Source: Mesorhizobium sp. (lineage in GTDB: Bacteria; Pseudomonadota; Alphaproteobacteria; Rhizobiales; Rhizobiaceae). From it: 64,000 nt of DNA. The stretch is taken from positions 46,548 through 110,547 of the forward strand of contig JAYSFJ010000015.1 in the NCBI GenBank assembly GCA_041913465.1, written 5' to 3'. The notes under the pieces are model-generated. The model saw only the letters and a program-made list of their open reading frames with translations. It was not told the origin of the DNA and did no database searches. Below are positions 8,404-18,486 of the stretch, in pieces; position 1 is the first letter of the stretch; every line of letters begins with the position of its first letter. A program made the position numbers and the translations under genes.

Positions 8404-8706
8404 ATGGTCGTCTGGCGTCGCACGGTTCTATCGGTCATGGCGGGGGCCGCGTTCGCGACGGCGGCGGACGCAGCCTTGCCGCCGCAGTATCAGCGGGCGA
8501 AAGAGCTGACGGCGGTCATCGACGCCGCTGCCGGCGTGCTCGGCGCCCGTCCGATCGAGAGCGTGTACCGGGTCGAGGACGACCTCTACCGGGTCGAAAC
8601 CGCGGGCTGCGTGCTCGATGTCCGGATCGAGGGCCTGCCCATGCCGCAGGGTATGGTCGGACCGCGCAGATTCAAGGCCGTTCCCGGCGAACCGGAGTGC
8701 CAATAG
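8404..8706 (+). CDS. Small secreted hypothetical protein
   Basis: Within ORF 8287..8706. ATG at 8404 with GGAGGAAAG upstream. Signal-like VLSVMAGAAFATAADA. High third-position GC. I do not recognise a family. Confidence 0.6.
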   Translation: MVVWRRTVLSVMAGAAFATAADAALPPQYQRAKELTAVIDAAAGVLGARPIESVYRVEDDLYRVETAGCVLDVRIEGLPMPQGMVGPRRFKAVPGEPECQ

Positions 8707-8715
8707 CGAAATCTA

Positions 8716-8739
8716 TGAACGATTTCTTGTGATCGTTCA
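8716..8739. promoter_or_regulatory. Perfect 8-bp inverted repeat, candidate operator upstream of the dioxygenase operon
   Basis: TGAACGAT-N8-ATCGTTCA, 110 nt upstream of the ATG at 8849. Confidence 0.35.
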
Positions 8740-8848
8740 CAAATGGAGCACGGTCCTTGCTGTGACCGGCGGCTTTCCTTCCGGCGCCGGCGACCGACAT
8801 ATGGACGCGACGGGCGGCGCGGGCCGCCGAAGCGAAGGGAGCACCCTC

Positions 8849-9781
8849 ATGCTCGACCAGATCAAGGGACTGCACCACGTCACATCGATGGCGGCGGATG
8901 CCAATCAGAACAACCACTTCTTCACGAAGACTCTCGGCCTGCGCCGGGTCAAGAAGACGGTCAACTTCGACGCGCCGGACGTCTATCACCTCTACTACGG
9001 CGACGAGACCGGCGCGCCGGGCTCGGTGATGACCTATTTCCCGTTCCCTCACATCGCCAAGGGCCAGCCCGGTGTCGGCGAGGTCGGCACGACCGTCTTC
9101 TCGGTGCCCGAAGGCTCGCTCGGCTGGTGGCAGGAGCACCTGGCGAAGGAGAACGTCGCGGGCCTCGAGCCCGGCGAATCCTTTGGCGAGAAGCGTCTCC
9201 GCTTCAAGGGGCCCGACAATGACGGTTTCGCGCTGGTCGAGCACAAGGGTGACGCGCGCGCTGCCTGGACGCAGGGCGGCGTGCCCGACGACTACGCCAT
9301 CCGCGGCTTCCACTCGGCCTCGATGCGGCTGCGCGACAGCGGAGCGACGGCCGAGCTCCTGAAATTCATGGGCTACAGCCAGGTCGACCAGTCGAAGAAC
9401 GTCACCCGCTTCGCGGTGCCAAACGGCATGGGCGCCGATGTCATCGACATCGAGGCGTTGCCGGTGACGCCGTTTGCGCGGCAGGGCGCAGGCTCGGTGC
9501 ACCACATCGCCTTTGCGGTCGAGAACCGGGCAAAGCAGCTCGAGGTGCGCAAGGCGCTGATGGACACCGGCTACCAGGTCACGCCGGTGATCGACCGCGA
9601 CTATTTCTGGGCGATCTATTTCCGCACGCCGGGCGGCGTGCTGTTCGAAGTGGCGACCAACGAACCGGGCTTCGACCGCGACGAGGACACCAAACACCTG
9701 GGTGAGGCGTTGAAGCTTCCGAGGCAGCACGAGCATCTGCGGGCGATGCTCGAAGGCCACCTCCAGCCGATCGAGGACTGA
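8849..9781 (+). CDS. VOC-family ring-cleaving dioxygenase (MhqO-like, two glyoxalase/VOC modules)
   Basis: Within ORF 8618..9781. ATG at 8849 with GAAGGGAG upstream. IKGLHHVTSMAADANQNNHFFTKTLGLRRVKKTVNFD and a second module with GSVHHIAFAV match this family. Confidence 0.85.
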   Translation: MLDQIKGLHHVTSMAADANQNNHFFTKTLGLRRVKKTVNFDAPDVYHLYYGDETGAPGSVMTYFPFPHIAKGQPGVGEVGTTVFSVPEGSLGWWQEHLAKENVAGLEPGESFGEKRLRFKGPDNDGFALVEHKGDARAAWTQGGVPDDYAIRGFHSASMRLRDSGATAELLKFMGYSQVDQSKNVTRFAVPNGMGADVIDIEALPVTPFARQGAGSVHHIAFAVENRAKQLEVRKALMDTGYQVTPVIDRDYFWAIYFRTPGGVLFEVATNEPGFDRDEDTKHLGEALKLPRQHEHLRAMLEGHLQPIED

Positions 9782-9783
9782 CC

Positions 9784-10395
9784 ATGACGCGGAGCTATAT
9801 CGAGAAGGTCCTGCCCGGGAAACCGGGCGGGCCGTTGCTCTTCACCTTGCACGGCACCGGGGGCGACGAGCATCAGTTCCCGGCGCTTGGCCGCGACCTG
9901 ATGTCCGACGCGACGATCATCTCGCCGCGCGGCGACGTCTCCGAACATGGCGCGGCGCGCTTCTTCCGCCGCGCCGCCGAGGGCGTCTACGACATGGACG
10001 ACCTGACCCGTGCGACCGCCAAGATGAAGGCCTATGTCGAGGCGCATGTCGCGGCGGCGAAGCCCTCGGCTGTCTACGGCATCGGCTATTCCAACGGCGC
10101 CAACATCCTGGCGTCGACCATCTTCGCGGCGCCTGACCTGTTCGACGCGGTCGTGCTGATGCATCCGCTGATCCCGTTCCAGCCGGACATCAGGGGCGAC
10201 CTCAAGGGCCGGCGGATCCTGATGACGGCCGGGCGGCAGGACCCGATCTGCCCGCCGCTCTACACCCACCGCCTCGAAGCCTGGTTGCGCGACGCGGGCG
10301 CCGATGTCATCGTCGAATGGCACCCGGGCGCGCACGAAGTGCGTCCCAATGAGATCGAGGCGGCGCGCCGCTTCCTCCAGCCTGTCGGAGCCTGA
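9784..10395 (+). CDS. Alpha/beta hydrolase, phospholipase/carboxylesterase family (MhqD-like)
   Basis: 203 aa. LLFTLHGTGGDEHQF and YGIGYSNGANI (nucleophile elbow GxSxG). Starts 2 nt after the dioxygenase stop. Confidence 0.8.
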   Translation: MTRSYIEKVLPGKPGGPLLFTLHGTGGDEHQFPALGRDLMSDATIISPRGDVSEHGAARFFRRAAEGVYDMDDLTRATAKMKAYVEAHVAAAKPSAVYGIGYSNGANILASTIFAAPDLFDAVVLMHPLIPFQPDIRGDLKGRRILMTAGRQDPICPPLYTHRLEAWLRDAGADVIVEWHPGAHEVRPNEIEAARRFLQPVGA

Positions 10396-10397
10396 CC

Positions 10398-10694
10398 ATG
10401 ACCGAACTCCCCGAGATCAAAGTCGAGGACACCGGCTCCAAAGGCCGCTATTTCATCCGGCTCGACACCGGCGAAGAGGCCGAGATGACCTTCACCAAGA
10501 TCGGCGAGCACCAGATCATCATCGACCATACCGAAGTGCCGGATGCGTTCCGCGGGCAGGGCGCCGGGCTCAAGCTCGTCTCCCGCGCGGTGGAGGACAT
10601 GCGCAAGGCTGGCAAGACGATCATCCCGCTCTGCCCCTTCGCCGCCGCGCAGTTCCGCCGCCATCCGGAATGGTCCGACCTGTTGAGGAAGTGA
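10398..10694 (+). CDS. YjdJ-type GNAT family protein (about 98 aa)
   Basis: FRGQGAGLKLVSRAVEDMRKAGKTIIPLCPFAAAQFRRHPEW matches the short GNAT_YJDJ pattern. Confidence 0.8.
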   Translation: MTELPEIKVEDTGSKGRYFIRLDTGEEAEMTFTKIGEHQIIIDHTEVPDAFRGQGAGLKLVSRAVEDMRKAGKTIIPLCPFAAAQFRRHPEWSDLLRK

Positions 10695-10695
10695 C

Positions 10696-10989
10696 ATGAC
10701 GCCCGAGATCCAGTTCGAGACCACGCACAAGGGCGGCCGCTACTTCGTGCCGATGCCCAACGGCGAGGATTCGCGGCTGACCTTCGTCAAGGTGTCGGAC
10801 GGCCACATCATCGCCGACCATACCTTCGTGCCGGTGCCCTATCGCGGCGACGGCATCGCCGAGGCACTGGTCGAGCGGCTGATCGCGGACGCCCGCACGA
10901 ACGGCTGGAAGATCACGCCGACCTGCTGGTACGTCGCAGACGAGATCGCGCGGCATGCACCGGACTGGGATGATGTGGTGAAGAGGTGA
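10696..10989 (+). CDS. YjdJ-type GNAT family protein, tandem paralog
   Basis: YRGDGIAEALVERLIADARTNGWKITPTCWYVADEIARHAPDW. Same architecture as the preceding gene and starts 1 nt after its stop. Confidence 0.8.
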   Translation: MTPEIQFETTHKGGRYFVPMPNGEDSRLTFVKVSDGHIIADHTFVPVPYRGDGIAEALVERLIADARTNGWKITPTCWYVADEIARHAPDWDDVVKR

Positions 10990-11002
10990 GGGGAATTGCG
11001 TC

Positions 11003-11125
11003 TCTCTCCCCGTTCACGGGGAGAGATGTCCGGCAGGACAGTGAGGGGCGGCGCAGACTCTCGCAAGCTCGCGCCATGCCCCTCATCCGCCCTTCGGGCA
11101 CCTTCTCCCCGTAAACGGGGAGAAG
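11003..11125. repeat. REP/RIME-like intergenic mosaic of GC hairpins
   Basis: Four hairpins: tctctccccg/cggggagaga (11003-11026), tgaggggc..gcccctca (11042-11085), gccc-ttc-gggc (11089-11099) and ccttctcccc/ggggagaagg (11101-11125). The last two form a bipartite module that recurs at 19389-19423 and 19513-19550. Confidence 0.6.
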
Positions 11126-11135
11126 GAGAGGCGTC

Positions 11136-11492
11136 TCACCCCTTGATCCGCTCCGCCAGCACTTCCATCCGCTCGGCCAGGCCCGCCAGCGCGCCGGTGA
11201 GGGCGGCGTCGTTCTTGTCGGCCTTCATGAGTGCGTCGTCGCGGGTTTTGCGCAGGGTTTCTATTTCGGTTTCCAGCCCCTTCACGCGGCGCTGCAGTTC
11301 GGAGAACTCGTCCATGACCATTATGCCGGCCATCACGGTCAGGCGGTGGTCGCCGATTTCGCCGAACGAACCCTTCAGGTGGCCGACATAGCGGTCGAAG
11401 CGGTTGGCGAGGTCGATCAGGTGCTCTTCCTGGCCCTCGTCGCAGGCCATCCTGTACTGCTTGCCGTCGATGGTTACGGTGACTTGTGCCAT
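11136..11492 (-). CDS. zapA: Cell division protein ZapA
   Basis: 118 aa. VTVTIDGKQYRMACDEGQEEHLIDLANRFD followed by a coiled-coil tail, the typical ZapA pattern. Confidence 0.88.
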   Translation of the reverse strand: MAQVTVTIDGKQYRMACDEGQEEHLIDLANRFDRYVGHLKGSFGEIGDHRLTVMAGIMVMDEFSELQRRVKGLETEIETLRKTRDDALMKADKNDAALTGALAGLAERMEVLAERIKG

Positions 11493-11496
11493 GGCC

Positions 11497-11769
11497 TCAC
11501 CTGTCCAGCACGGCGCGGATCGTCTCCATCGCCGTAACGAGGCGGCGCGAGACTTCCTTGTTGGCGCCTTCGAGCCGCTCGGCCCGGGCCTCCGACGCGT
11601 CGAGTTCCTGCGCCAGGCGGGCGCGGTCGGTGTTCATGCGCTGCACCTCGGCCTCGGCTTCGGCGTAATCCTGGTCGCGCTCGAACCGCGCCGCCACCGC
11701 GTCCTCGAGCATGGCGATCGCCTTGCCGAGCCGGTTGATGACTTCCTTCAGCGTGACATCGCCGGTCAT
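11497..11769 (-). CDS. DUF4164 coiled-coil protein (commonly upstream of zapA in alphaproteobacteria)
   Basis: ORF 11497..11784. I prefer the ATG at 11769 (MTGDVTLKEVINRLGKAIAMLE). Coiled-coil composition. Sits 4 nt upstream of zapA. Confidence 0.8.
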   Translation of the reverse strand: MTGDVTLKEVINRLGKAIAMLEDAVAARFERDQDYAEAEAEVQRMNTDRARLAQELDASEARAERLEGANKEVSRRLVTAMETIRAVLDR

Positions 11770-11904
11770 TGTTGAGCGTTCCACCCGTCCCGACGCGCGA
11801 ATCGCGCATTATTCGAACGAATTATCCTGTCAAGCTTAGGCGTCGGGCGAAGCGGGCGTCAACAAAGCGCGCCGGCTTTCCCCTGCTATCCGAGCGCTCC
11901 GCGC

Positions 11905-11932
11905 GTTGACAGGTGTCGGGCACCTGCTATGT
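11905..11932 (+). promoter_or_regulatory. Possible sigma-70-type promoter for tkt
   Basis: GTTGAC-N16-CTATGT compared with the rhizobial consensus CTTGAC-N17-CTATAT, about 70 nt upstream of the tkt ATG. Confidence 0.3.
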
Positions 11933-12004
11933 GTCCCTCGCATTTTCCGGGGGGATGCGGCCGATGCGCGTCCGCTCCTGGCCTTATGGGGCTCGAGGTA
12001 CAAG

Positions 12005-13999
12005 ATGACGTCACGTGAAAAGCATGACCGGATGGCGAATGCGATCCGCTTCCTGTCGATGGACGCGGTCGAGAAGGCCAATTCCGGCCATCCGGGCCTG
12101 CCGATGGGCGCGGCCGACATCGCCACGGTGCTGTTCACGAAATACCTGACCTTCGACCCGGCCAACCCGCACTGGCCCGACCGCGACCGCTTCGTGCTGT
12201 CGGCCGGCCATGGCTCGATGCTGCTCTATTCGCTGCTCTACCTGACCGGCTACGAGGACATCACGCTCGACGAGATCAAGAACTTCCGCCAGATCGGCTC
12301 CAAGACCGCCGGCCATCCGGAGTATGGCCACGCCGCCGGCATCGAGACGACCACCGGCCCGCTCGGACAGGGCCTCGGCAATTCCGTCGGCATGGCGCTC
12401 GCCGAACGGATCCTCAACGCCTCGTTCGGCGACGACCTCGTCGACCACTGGACCTATGTGCTCGCCGGCGACGGCTGCCTGATGGAGGGCATCAGCCAGG
12501 AGGCGATCGCCTTTGCCGGCCACCTCAAGCTCGGCAAGCTGGTCGTCTTCTGGGACAACAACAACATCTCGATCGACGGGGCAGTCTCGCTGTCGGATTC
12601 GACGAACCAGCTCGAGCGCTTCGCCGCGTCCGGCTGGCACACCATCTCCTGCGACGGCCACGACCCGGACGCGATCGCCCAGGCGATCGAAGCCGCGCGC
12701 GCCGACGATCGCCCGAGCCTTATCGCCTGCAAAACGACCATCGGCTTCGGCGCGCCGACCAAGGCGGGGACCAACAAGGCGCACGGCTCGCCGCTCGGCA
12801 AGGACGAGATCGCGGCAACGCGCAAGGCGCTGGGGTGGACCTCGGCGCCGTTCGAGGTGCCGTCCGACATCCTCGATGCCTGGCGTCTCGCCGGGCTGCG
12901 CTCGGTCAAGCGCCGCAAGGAATGGGAGGCCCGTCTCGCCAAGGCCGATACGGACATCCGCGGCGAGTTCGAGCGGCGCATGCGCGGCGATCTGCCGGGC
13001 GGCTTCGAGCCGGCGATGGCCGCCTACAAGCAGAAGCTCGCCGCCGACAAGCCAAAGGTCGCGACCCGCAAGTCGTCGGAAATGGCGCTGGAGATCGTCA
13101 ACGGCGCGGTGCCCGAGACGATCGGCGGCTCGGCCGACCTGACCGGCTCCAACAACACCAAGACCAGCCAGACCAGGCCGATCACGCCGACCGACTTCTC
13201 CGGCCGCTACGTCTATTACGGCATCCGCGAACACGGCATGGCCGCCGCCATGAACGGCATGGCGTTGCACGGCGGGCTGATCCCCTATTCGGGCACGTTC
13301 CTGGTCTTCTCCGACTATGCCCGTCCGGCCATGCGGCTCGCCTCGCTGATGCACCAGCGCGTCGTCTTCGTGATGACGCATGATTCCATCGGCCTCGGCG
13401 AAGACGGCCCGACCCACCAGCCGGTGGAGCATCTGGCCGCCCTGCGCGCCATCCCTAACCATCTCGTCTTCCGCCCGGCGGACGCGATGGAGAGCGCGGA
13501 GTGCTGGGAAATCGCGCTCAACTCGCGCACCGCGCCCTCGACGATCGCGCTGACCCGGCAGAACCTGCCGGCCGTCCGGACCGAATACAGCGAGGAGAAC
13601 CTCTGCGCCCGCGGCGCCTACGAGCTCGCGAGGGCGTCGGACGACGCCGCGGTGACGATCTTCGCCACCGGCTCGGAAGTCGAGATCGCGCTCGCCGCCC
13701 GCGCCAAGCTGCAGGCGCACGGCCATCCGACCCGCGTCGTCTCGGTGCCCTGCTTCGAGCTGTTCGAGCAGCAGAGCAAGGACTACCAGACCGCAATCAT
13801 CGGCAAGTCCAAGGTCAACATCGCCATCGAAGCCGGCATCCGCCAGGGGTGGGACCGCTTCATCGGCCGCGACGGCGTCTTCGTCGGCATGCACGGCTTC
13901 GGCGCCAGCGGCCCCTACGAGAAGCTCTACGAGCATTTTGGCATCACGGCGGACGCAGCCGCCGCGGCCGCGGAGAAGCTGCTCCATCCAACCAAGTAA
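12005..13999 (+). CDS. tkt: Transketolase
   Basis: Within ORF 11906..13999, ATG at 12005. [47 protein letters not shown] and [16 protein letters not shown] are diagnostic. Confidence 0.97.
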   Translation: MTSREKHDRMANAIRFLSMDAVEKANSGHPGLPMGAADIATVLFTKYLTFDPANPHWPDRDRFVLSAGHGSMLLYSLLYLTGYEDITLDEIKNFRQIGSKTAGHPEYGHAAGIETTTGPLGQGLGNSVGMALAERILNASFGDDLVDHWTYVLAGDGCLMEGISQEAIAFAGHLKLGKLVVFWDNNNISIDGAVSLSDSTNQLERFAASGWHTISCDGHDPDAIAQAIEAARADDRPSLIACKTTIGFGAPTKAGTNKAHGSPLGKDEIAATRKALGWTSAPFEVPSDILDAWRLAGLRSVKRRKEWEARLAKADTDIRGEFERRMRGDLPGGFEPAMAAYKQKLAADKPKVATRKSSEMALEIVNGAVPETIGGSADLTGSNNTKTSQTRPITPTDFSGRYVYYGIREHGMAAAMNGMALHGGLIPYSGTFLVFSDYARPAMRLASLMHQRVVFVMTHDSIGLGEDGPTHQPVEHLAALRAIPNHLVFRPADAMESAECWEIALNSRTAPSTIALTRQNLPAVRTEYSEENLCARGAYELARASDDAAVTIFATGSEVEIALAARAKLQAHGHPTRVVSVPCFELFEQQSKDYQTAIIGKSKVNIAIEAGIRQGWDRFIGRDGVFVGMHGFGASGPYEKLYEHFGITADAAAAAAEKLLHPTK

Positions 14000-14050
14000 T
14001 CCGGCGGACGCCCGAGCCCGCCTTTCCTCCCGCACCATCGGAGATCGAAC

Positions 14051-15061
14051 ATGACCGTCAGGGTAGCAGTCAACGGATTTGGCCGGATCGGCCGCAACAT
14101 CGTCCGCGCCATCTATGAATCGGGCCGCAAGGACATCGACGTCGTCGCCGTCAACGACCTCGGCCCGGTCGAGACCAACGCGCACCTGCTGCGCTTCGAC
14201 AGCGTGCACGGCCGCTTCCCGGGCGAGGTCAAGGTCGACGGCGACACGATCTCGATCGGCACCGATTCCTTCAAGGTTCTCGCGGTCAAGGATCCGACGC
14301 AGCTGCCGTGGAAGGACCTCGGCATCGACATCGCGCTCGAATGCACCGGCATCTTCACCGCCCGCGACAAGGCGGCGATGCACCTCGCTGCCGGCGCCAA
14401 GCGCGTCATCGTCTCGGCGCCGTCCGATGGTGCCGACCTGACAGTCGTCTACGGCGTCAACCACGACAAGCTGACGAAGGACCACATGGTCATCTCGAAC
14501 GCGTCGTGCACCACCAACTGTCTGGCGCCGGTCGCCCAGGTGCTGAACGACACGATCGGCATCGAGAAGGGAATGATGACCACCATCCATTCCTACACCG
14601 GCGACCAGCCGACGCTGGACACGATGCACAAGGACCTCTACCGCGCCCGCGCCGCCGCGATGTCGCAGATCCCGACCTCCACCGGTGCAGCAAAGGCCGT
14701 CGGCCTCGTGCTGCCGGAGCTCAAGGGCAAGCTGGACGGTATCTCGGTGCGCGTGCCGACGCCGAACGTGTCGCTGGTCGACCTCAAGTTCATCGCCAGG
14801 AAGTCGACCTCGGTGCAGGAGGTCAACGAGGCGCTGATCGCCGCGTCGAAGGGCCGGCTCAAGGGCATCCTCGGCGTCACGACGCATCCGAACGTGTCGA
14901 TCGACTTCAACCACGACCCGCATTCCTCGACCGTCGCGCTCGACCAGACCAAGGTCATGGACGGCAACTTCGTCTCGGTCCTGTCCTGGTACGACAACGA
15001 ATGGGGCTTCTCGAACCGCATGGGCGACACCGCCGTCGCGCTCGGCAAGCTGATCGGCTGA
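14051..15061 (+). CDS. gap: Glyceraldehyde-3-phosphate dehydrogenase (type I)
   Basis: 336 aa. [16 protein letters not shown] and the active site [12 protein letters not shown]. Confidence 0.97.
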   Translation: MTVRVAVNGFGRIGRNIVRAIYESGRKDIDVVAVNDLGPVETNAHLLRFDSVHGRFPGEVKVDGDTISIGTDSFKVLAVKDPTQLPWKDLGIDIALECTGIFTARDKAAMHLAAGAKRVIVSAPSDGADLTVVYGVNHDKLTKDHMVISNASCTTNCLAPVAQVLNDTIGIEKGMMTTIHSYTGDQPTLDTMHKDLYRARAAAMSQIPTSTGAAKAVGLVLPELKGKLDGISVRVPTPNVSLVDLKFIARKSTSVQEVNEALIAASKGRLKGILGVTTHPNVSIDFNHDPHSSTVALDQTKVMDGNFVSVLSWYDNEWGFSNRMGDTAVALGKLIG

Positions 15062-15084
15062 ACGGCCCGCATACCGCTTTCGAA

Positions 15085-15110
15085 TGCCCGGCTCCGGCCG
15101 GGCATTTTTC
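15085..15110 (+). terminator. Rho-independent terminator after gap
   Basis: tgcccgg-ctccgg-ccgggca stem-loop followed by ttttt. Confidence 0.65.
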
Positions 15111-15222
15111 GTTCGGGCCACCGGTTCGGGCAAGAAAATCGGGCAGGCCATGCATTTGTTTCCGCAGCGCCTTTTCTTCGCCGCACTATCTTATGAGGAG
15201 GAATAAAGAGGGTCGGGGACGA

Positions 15223-17073
15223 ATGTTCGAAGGGGTCTATCTCGTTACGCTTGCCGGAACCGCGATGGTTCTTGCCGCCGCGTTCTCGAGCCTGATCGCC
15301 TTCCGCTTCGGTGCCCCGCTGCTGCTTCTCTTCCTCGGTATCGGCCTGCTCGCGGGTCAGGACGGGCTCGGGATCCCGTTCGACAACGCGTCCGCCTCCT
15401 ATTTCATCGGCTCTATCGCGCTGGCGGTGATTCTGTTCGATTCCGGCTTCGGCACGGCCCTGTCGTCGCTGAGGCTCGCCGCACCGCCGGCGCTCTCCCT
15501 GGCGACGATCGGCGTGATCCTGACCGCCGGCTTCTTCGGTGCCTTCGCCTTCGCGATCACCGACCTCGACTGGCTGGAATCCTTCCTGCTCGGCTCTATC
15601 GTCGCCTCCACCGACGCCGCCGCGGTGTTCTTCCTGCTGCGAGCCGGGAACCTTCACATCCGCGAACGTGTGCGCAACACGCTGGAGATCGAATCTGGCT
15701 CCAACGACCCGATCGCGATCTTCCTGACCATTGCCTTCGTCGAGCTGATCAGCGCCGGCGCCGCGATCCAGCCGGGCGAACTGGCCGTCGGTGTCGTTCT
15801 CGGCTTCCTGCGCGAGATGGGCGTCGGTGTATTCGCCGGACTGCTCGGCGGTCGCCTCATCGTCATGTTCGTCAACCGTTTGAAGCTCGATCCCGGCCTG
15901 CTGCCGATCTTCGTCATAACGGTTGCGCTGGTCTTGTTCGGCATCACCGGCGCGGTGCATGGCTCGGGCTTCGTCGCCGTCTACACGGCAGGTCTCGTCG
16001 CCGGAAACTCGGGCATGCGCTCGACCGCGACGCTCAAGCGCTTCCAGGACGGCATCTCCTGGCTTGCCCAGATCATCATGTTCCTGGTGCTCGGCCTCTT
16101 CGCCACCCCGTCGCAGTTCACCTCGATCCTGCCCGTCGCCATCGCGCTGTCGCTGTTCCTCATCTTCATCGCGCGGCCGGTCGCGGTGTCGCTCTGCCTG
16201 CTGCCGTTCCGCTTTGCGCGGGCCGAGACGGCGTTCATCTCCTGGGTTGGCCTGCGCGGCGCGGTGTCGATCCTTCTGGCGCTCGCTCCGATCATCGGCG
16301 GGCTGGAGAACGGCAGGGAGCTGTTCAATATCGCCTTCATCATCGTGCTCGTGTCGCTCCTGGTTCAGGGCTGGACGATCGGTCCGGTCGCGCGACGGCT
16401 CGGGCTGATCATCCCGCCGCGCAGCGGTCCGCTCGACAAGGTCGAGCTGGAACTGCCAGGTTCGGCACACCATGAGCTGCTGGCCTATCGCGTGGCCGCC
16501 GGCAGCCCGGTCGCGCGCGGAGGACGCATCCCGCGCTGGGCGCGGCCTTCGCTGGTCATCCGCGAAGGCCGTTCGCTCAAGCCGCAGGACGCCGGACGCC
16601 TGCTGGCCGACGACCTCGTCTACATCTTCGTTTCGGACCGCTATCCGCGCCTGCTCGACCGGCTGTTCGCCACCAAGGTGTCGCTGGCGGCCGACGACGA
16701 GGAGTTCTTCGGATCGTTCACCGTCGACCCGGACCACCTCGCCAGCGAGATCAGCGCCGCCTACGGAGCAGAGCTGCGCGAGGGCGAGGCCGGTCTCACG
16801 ATTGCGCAGCTGATGCTCGCCAGGCTCGGCGGCCATGCCGAATATGCCGACCGCGTGCAACTCGGCCCGATCGAACTGATCGTGCGCGACACAGACGCCA
16901 AGGGCGAGATCGATTCCGTCGGCCTCGCGCTCGAACCGCAGGCACTGGCGCCATCGATGCCGCTGCTTCTCACCGCCGGAGAGATCCGCGACCGGCTCGC
17001 GCGCTTCGTGCGGCGAATGCGCGCGAAACCGCCGAAATCGCCGGACGGGCCGGCCGCGCCCGGCGCGGCTTGA
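15223..17073 (+). CDS. nhaP2: K+/H+ (cation:proton) antiporter, NhaP2/CvrA-like, with C-terminal TrkA-C-like domain
   Basis: Only the distal 616 codons of ORF 14308..17073 look coding. ATG at 15223 (MFEGVYLVTLAG), followed by about 12 hydrophobic helices (LLLLFLGIGLLAGQDGLG, ESGSNDP motif) and a soluble tail. The first 305 codons overlap gap out of frame. Confidence 0.88.
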   Translation: MFEGVYLVTLAGTAMVLAAAFSSLIAFRFGAPLLLLFLGIGLLAGQDGLGIPFDNASASYFIGSIALAVILFDSGFGTALSSLRLAAPPALSLATIGVILTAGFFGAFAFAITDLDWLESFLLGSIVASTDAAAVFFLLRAGNLHIRERVRNTLEIESGSNDPIAIFLTIAFVELISAGAAIQPGELAVGVVLGFLREMGVGVFAGLLGGRLIVMFVNRLKLDPGLLPIFVITVALVLFGITGAVHGSGFVAVYTAGLVAGNSGMRSTATLKRFQDGISWLAQIIMFLVLGLFATPSQFTSILPVAIALSLFLIFIARPVAVSLCLLPFRFARAETAFISWVGLRGAVSILLALAPIIGGLENGRELFNIAFIIVLVSLLVQGWTIGPVARRLGLIIPPRSGPLDKVELELPGSAHHELLAYRVAAGSPVARGGRIPRWARPSLVIREGRSLKPQDAGRLLADDLVYIFVSDRYPRLLDRLFATKVSLAADDEEFFGSFTVDPDHLASEISAAYGAELREGEAGLTIAQLMLARLGGHAEYADRVQLGPIELIVRDTDAKGEIDSVGLALEPQALAPSMPLLLTAGEIRDRLARFVRRMRAKPPKSPDGPAAPGAA

Positions 17074-17160
17074 CCTCTGCCATCTTGCGCTCGCGCGGGC
17101 CGGCTGTATGGTCCTGCGCGATTTGGCCGGCGCCGGGCGCCGGAAGGCATGGAGGGTGTG

Positions 17161-18357
17161 ATGGCCGCGTTCAGGACGCTTGACGACATCGGCGATGTGA
17201 AGGGCAAGCGCGTGCTCGTGCGCGTCGATCTCAACGTGCCGGTACAGGACGGCGAAGTCAGCGACGCCACGCGCATCGAGCGTGTCGCGCCGACCATCCT
17301 CGAGCTTTCGGACAAGGGTGCCAGGGTCGTGCTGCTTGCCCATTTCGGCCGGCCGAAGGGCGCGCCCGATCCGGCGCAGTCGCTCGAACCGATCGCCCGG
17401 GCGACGGCAAGGGTGCTCGGCCGCGACGTCGCCTTCGGCTCCGACTGCGTCGGCGAGGCGGCGGCCAAGGCCGTCTCGAACCTGAAGGACGGCGGAATCC
17501 TGCTCCTGGAGAATACGCGCTTCCACAAGGGCGAGGAGAAGAACGATGCCGACTTCGCCAAGGCCCTTGCCGCCAATGGCGATGTCTATGTCAACGACGC
17601 GTTCTCCGCGGCCCATCGGGCGCATGCCTCGACAGAGGGCATCGCCAAGCTGCTGCCGGCCTTCGCCGGCCGCACGATGGAGGAAGAGCTGTCGGCGCTG
17701 GAGAAGGGCCTCGGCAAGCCGGTGCGCCCGGTGGTGGCCATCGTCGGCGGGGCCAAGGTCTCGACCAAGATCGACCTTCTGATGAATCTCGTCACCAAGG
17801 TGGATGCCCTCGTCATCGGTGGCGGCATGGCCAACACCTTCCTCGCCGCGCGCGGCACGGACGTCGGCAAGTCTCTGTGCGAGCATGACCTCGCGGCGAC
17901 AGCCAAGCAGATCATGATCGAGGCGGCGACCGCCGGCTGCGCCATCGTGCTGCCGGTCGACGGCGTGGTGGCGCGCGAGTTCAAGGCGGGCGCGGCGAGC
18001 GAGGTGGTAGATGTTGCCGTGGTGCCGGCCGACGCGATGATCCTCGACGTCGGGCCGAAGACCGTCAAGGCGGTGACCGACTGGATCGACCGTGCCGCGA
18101 CGCTGGTCTGGAACGGGCCGCTCGGTGCCTTCGAGATCGAGCCTTTCGACACAGCGACGGTGGCCGCGGCGAAACACGCGGCGGCGCGCACGAAGGCCGG
18201 CAAGCTGGTCTCCGTCGCGGGCGGCGGCGACACGGTGGCCGCGCTCAACCATGCCGGCGTGGCCGACGACTTCACCTATGTCTCCACCGCCGGCGGCGCC
18301 TTCCTCGAATGGATGGAAGGCAAGGCGCTGCCGGGCGTCGAGGCGCTGAAGTCGTAA
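17161..18357 (+). CDS. pgk: Phosphoglycerate kinase
   Basis: ORF 17149..18357, ATG at 17161. [27 protein letters not shown] and STGGGAFLEW-type motifs. Confidence 0.97.
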   Translation: MAAFRTLDDIGDVKGKRVLVRVDLNVPVQDGEVSDATRIERVAPTILELSDKGARVVLLAHFGRPKGAPDPAQSLEPIARATARVLGRDVAFGSDCVGEAAAKAVSNLKDGGILLLENTRFHKGEEKNDADFAKALAANGDVYVNDAFSAAHRAHASTEGIAKLLPAFAGRTMEEELSALEKGLGKPVRPVVAIVGGAKVSTKIDLLMNLVTKVDALVIGGGMANTFLAARGTDVGKSLCEHDLAATAKQIMIEAATAGCAIVLPVDGVVAREFKAGAASEVVDVAVVPADAMILDVGPKTVKAVTDWIDRAATLVWNGPLGAFEIEPFDTATVAAAKHAAARTKAGKLVSVAGGGDTVAALNHAGVADDFTYVSTAGGAFLEWMEGKALPGVEALKS

Positions 18358-18486
18358 GTCCGCCACACATCGTCGCGGGGCCGGCCCTTTCAATCGATTG
18401 AGCCGTCCGCGCGGCATTCCGTCTCGTCCTGAGTTCTGCTAAGCGCGCGCAAACTCACGGAAATCGGTCGAACGACGGAGACAGGA

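Noticed and set aside
10990-11135. 6S RNA (ssrS) candidate immediately downstream of zapA, where zapA-ssrS synteny would place it
   Set aside because: The minus-strand transcript folds into four independent local hairpins. It does not form the long closing stem, central bubble and terminal stem of 6S RNA. Only 6 bp can pair between the two ends, and two of the hairpins belong to a dispersed repeat family. A covariance-model search (Rfam 6S) would be decisive; I could not run it.
11785-12004. Structured RNA in the 220-nt region between the DUF4164 gene and tkt (cccgacgc/gcgtcggg pairing, ATTCG-AA-CGAAT palindrome)
   Set aside because: The possible pairings are mutually exclusive alternatives. 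None resembles a family I can name. The region is adequately explained by two divergent promoters.
14308-15222. First 305 codons of the 921-aa ORF 14308..17073
   Set aside because: This part overlaps gap in another frame, crosses the gap terminator and translates to Arg/Pro-rich junk. The transporter sequence begins at the ATG at 15223.
15085-17160. K+/H+ antiporter gene as a horizontally inserted element splitting the tkt-gap-pgk-fba cluster
   Set aside because: Its GC and codon style look like the flanking housekeeping genes, and there are no repeats or mobility genes at its borders. This is probably an ordinary lineage-specific gene order. Only comparative genomics could say more.
12011-18417. 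Very long minus-strand ORFs (12011..15151, 1046 aa; 14638..18417, 1259 aa) covering tkt, gap, the antiporter and pgk
   Set aside because: They are antisense to genes with unmistakable enzyme motifs. Their translations are Arg/Ala/Gly/Asp/His-rich low-information sequence with no motifs. Long stop-free antisense frames are expected at about 65% GC.
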